A stretch of 64,000 nucleotides of DNA, taken from contig CM121341.1 of the NCBI GenBank assembly GCA_051530055.1, positions 15,850,784-15,914,783 of the forward strand, read 5' to 3'. The notes beneath the pieces were generated by a model, which ran no database searches, was not told where the DNA came from, and saw only the letters and a list, made by a program, of their open reading frames with translations. How positions within the stretch are numbered: position 1 is the first letter of the stretch; the number at the start of each line of letters is the position of its first letter. This document shows positions 60,567-64,000 of the stretch, one piece after another. This stretch comes from Neoechinorhynchus agilis (lineage: Eukaryota; Animalia; Acanthocephala). The translations under genes and the position numbers were made by a program.

Positions 60567-63150
60567 TCACGATAATTGATGTTCAGAAGATGAAAATAAC
60601 ATTCTTTGAACCTCTTCAGGGTCTATAAATTCCACATTAATGCTATCCAAACGGTCCATCGCCGAATGGGCTCTTCTATATTCATCCATTATAATATTAA
60701 GACTTTGCTTTTTTATCGTTTCCCTTAAAACAGGAGCTCTTTCACTGAGACTGATATTAAAATCACCTTAGTACAGGACTGGTAAGAGCGCTGATCTGCG
60801 GCATCATTAAGTATTCCGGGTTTTCAAGAAACGTGCGAAAACGAATCTAAATGTTTATCAAAATGCGTATCAATTCTCATGTTTTGTACGCTTACTAGTG
60901 AAGAAGTTTCGGTTTCACTTCTTAGTTTTTCTACATCATACAACGAGGACAGTTCCGTCGCATTTATTATATAGACGGCCTGCTCAGTAACCATTGACTC
61001 ACGTTGTGCAGAGATCTAATCAATACAAAAATACGACGGAATCACTATCTCAGTGGACAGTCATCTCACTTGAGCTTCTAACTTCTCTGCGAGATCTTGA
61101 CTACAGTATGGCATCAGAGCTCGTCGACAAGCAAGAAGAGCATTCAGCATAAACGTACTTGCATCGACTGATTGCATTCGACTTCCGGCAAGCATAACGC
61201 CTTGTAGAATTACATCGGTGACGCCTTGAACGAATAATTCGGTAATGTCTTCGTGCAATACGAGTGAAGTTTCAGCATGGGAATCACCGGGGCCAATTAT
61301 CTCGAGCACTGAATGAAGACATCGATCAAGAGAGTTTAGCGTAGTGGGATCAACATCAACACCGCGACCAATCCGATGAGCGCACTGAGATACTGCGGAT
61401 TTTATCAGAGTTTGACTTTGACTGAGGATAGCGATAAGCTTGGGTTCGGGCGATTTCGGAAGCAATCTATGATTCAAGATCTCGGTTTGACTTAGAACAA
61501 AAAATTATGAGACTCGTTTCTGGAACGAATTCGTATGCTAACATGAGCTAAGCAAGTATTGATATTAGAACAAAAAGAGCTTTTGTCAAGAAATGACAAA
61601 ATTACCATTAACGAATGTAGTACAAACCAAGTGCTCGAATGGGACTCAAACGCCTAACGCCTATTCCAACTAGCGTACCAGCTGCGATCAATGAGTTTGC
61701 TTGATTGATTATATTGACATTAGACGAAGCTGCAGTAATCGAGACGCAATTATCGACGAAATCACCCGTGGGCGCCGATAAACAATCGGATATTGCACCT
61801 AACAAAGAATCTGGGACAATTCCAAGAAGCGCTTCGGCTATTGACCGTTCGTCGGACACAATCTCTACAGTAAAGGTCATTAAGGAAGATATGAATTGAA
61901 CTGTGTTTTCCGCTTGAACATTTGATACACTAGTGTGTCTCATTTGCATTGTTGTTAAAAATTCATCAATTTGTTTCTCCAAATATCTGCAACGACCTTT
62001 GGCGTAACTGTCCCATAACATACTTTGAATAGAAACAAATTGTTATATATAAAGCTGGGTTTTGAGAGCGACAAACCTTTTCATTGATTCTGAATTTTCA
62101 AAGTAACTCACCGAGCGTCTGAATCGATCGACATAATCAGTCAATGCAGTCAGCACCTGACCGTTTTTATAAGAAATAGAATGTACTTCGGTTTCACAAT
62201 GTTCTAATTTTGCTTCAAAATAAACCATCGCTAATAACCAATAAGCTAACCGAGGAGATATTTAAATAATCTCTGAAGGGCATTCTCTCTGAAAGATGAC
62301 ATTTGTTCAATTATTTGAAGTCTAAAGAACATTAAAGAGGAGATGCTTTTAATATAACTGTACATAATCGTTGATTTCGTCTGTTTAAATAGCGTTTGAC
62401 AATCACAATGAATTTGATCAATTTTAGATAATGTCATGAAGAAGTCCTGAAACAATAAATATCAAAGATACATATAACAATTTCATTAATACTTCGGTTA
62501 GATCATAATTCGTTGCATAAATAATCGATTCCTCCTTTGGAGTCAATTGGTACTTTCGTATGAAATGGTCTACGAGTGCCGATTTTGTGTCTAAGTACTC
62601 TCTGAAAGTTTGAAGAATATTATCTTCTGAGAGAAAATCGGCATCCGACGTACTTCTTTTGTTTCAAGCTCTTTGCACGCTGACTGTAAGGTCGGATTTG
62701 TTCCGAAAGATCCTAGAGGATATTTTAAGACGACGGATACGATTTCCAGTTTAAAAAAATGCGCTGTCATTTTGTTGCGGAAAATAGCAATAAGCCTCAT
62801 CTTATGTGTACCTTTATACTCTCACGGTTATACTGATCTGCTTCAAAAACTTGCTCCAACGCTTTCGTCAAATGATCAATATCCTATGGTTCAAAAAATC
62901 GATTTTGTGTCCAACCACTAACGATTTACCTTCTGCATAGGTTCGAGTCTATCAAGGAAAGCTTGGTTATCTCCCAGAACTTTATTTTCTAATATAGATC
63001 TCAGTTGCGATCGATCAGGTCTCGTTTTAAATATTGGTTGTAGCATTTCCACGCATCTTACAAACACCTAAGAATTGGAATCAATTGGTGTTGCTTTATG
63101 AATGCGTGGCGTACTTCATCACAAGGGAAAGGCGCAGTTGGAATGCTCAT
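60567..63150 (-). CDS. COG6: Conserved oligomeric Golgi complex subunit 6; about 11 exons
   Basis: KYQLTPKEE..LTE|DFFMTLSKIDQIH..QIIEQMSSFRENALQRLFKY, ASTFMLNAL, FLENPEYLMMPQISAL resemble COG6 blocks; GT-AG introns of ~38-150 nt. Confidence 0.8.
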
Positions 63151-63367
63151 CTGAAAAATGGTACAATATTAAAAATGGACAAAATGTCTAAATCGCCTTT
63201 AAGAACAAATCGAAAAGTTAGACATGAGAACGTAGCGCTAGAGAATTTTATGACTTGAGCTCGAACATTCTATATTATCCTAAAAGAGAACCTTAGACTG
63301 TTTGGGCATTCAAAACGCAAGCTTGTATCGAAGACTACCGATCACTTATATGGGAATCCGAATGTGA

Positions 63368-63826
63368 TTGCTACAAAAAAGCAACTCGATCAACGTCAAC
63401 AAAAGGGATGAGTTTTGTACAAAAGCAGTTTCGGCAAAACCGAAGGCATCATCAGAATACAAAATTTTGCATAATTTAAAGAAAAATCTAGTTTCTCAAA
63501 CAACAAAACTCTTACTGATAACAGGAGACTTGGTAGAAGTAAAAGAAAGGCTGGAAGAGAGATGGTATAGATTGCATGAGTCTCAGAACATTTCGAAAAT
63601 TCCGAACAAAAAAGGTATTTCATCAGATTCGAATGCATTTAATGCGATTTTAAAGTTCCAGATTTATTATCGAACGGAAAATTGGTGTTTTATTTGTTTA
63701 TTGCTTCAAATTTTCGACGCCTTGCGTCTTCGTCAGGAAGCTTTTCTTCGGTTGTCTGAAAAGGAATCAGAGGAGGGCAACGCTGTCCGTCAGCTCATCC
63801 CTCTTATTGAGCATCCCCTCAGATAA
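63368..63826 (+). CDS. Possible gene divergent from COG6, unknown product
   Basis: 152-codon open frame starting at TTG, with a plausible internal intron; no homology recognised. Confidence 0.3.
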   Translation: MLQKSNSINVNKRDEFCTKAVSAKPKASSEYKILHNLKKNLVSQTTKLLLITGDLVEVKERLEERWYRLHESQNISKIPNKKGISSDSNAFNAILKFQIYYRTENWCFICLLLQIFDALRLRQEAFLRLSEKESEEGNAVRQLIPLIEHPLR

Positions 63827-64000
63827 TCGCGGATCGTAAGAAGAGAAGTTAAGAGTCGTATGGACGATGTGCAGTTCAGCATGTCAGTAGAGAACTGCTT
63901 GTTGATTTCGTTGGAAAAATTTGTTACATATTCCGAATCCCTTTAACAGTTAATAATAGCGCAATTCACCTTTCTACTCCAACTGGCGAGGACGACCGCC

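Noticed and set aside
61470-61670. COG6 intron as another TA-hairpin intron
   Set aside because: A TA-to-TA in-frame cut is possible, but terminal pairing is poor and in-frame GT-AG solutions exist.
1-64000. CRISPR arrays, rRNA, tRNA or spliceosomal snRNA genes
   Set aside because: No regularly spaced repeat-spacer pattern and no recognisable RNA-gene sequence seen by eye; a covariance search was not possible.

Overview
This is eukaryotic (metazoan) genomic DNA from a compact, AT-rich genome with very short (about 40-55 nt) GT-AG introns. It opens with a near-identical ~7.02-kb tandem duplication carrying RRM2 and an RSK/MSK-like dual-domain kinase. The remaining genes are CRIM1, ALDH3, SOD1, a glypican-like gene, a stand-alone Nup98-like gene, a TOPORS-like RING protein, COQ10, a divergent beta-tubulin, a WCPPC thioredoxin/nucleoredoxin and COG6. 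These are interspersed with Penelope, APE-LINE, RTE and CRE retroelement fragments and several foldback/MITE-like hairpins. Main observation: five distinct introns in four genes (kinase, ALDH3 twice, COQ10, beta-tubulin) restore the conserved protein exactly only when excised at non-GT-AG boundaries. All five end in TA, four have a TA direct repeat at both junctions, and all are closed by a 9-15 bp stem starting a few nt inside each end. The stem sequences are unrelated to each other. This suggests a class of structure-defined, probably transposon-derived non-canonical introns alongside roughly 30 ordinary introns. At least six genes also have a 3' splice acceptor directly abutting the start ATG, consistent with SL trans-splicing. 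All gene identities come from motif recognition by eye; no searches were run.
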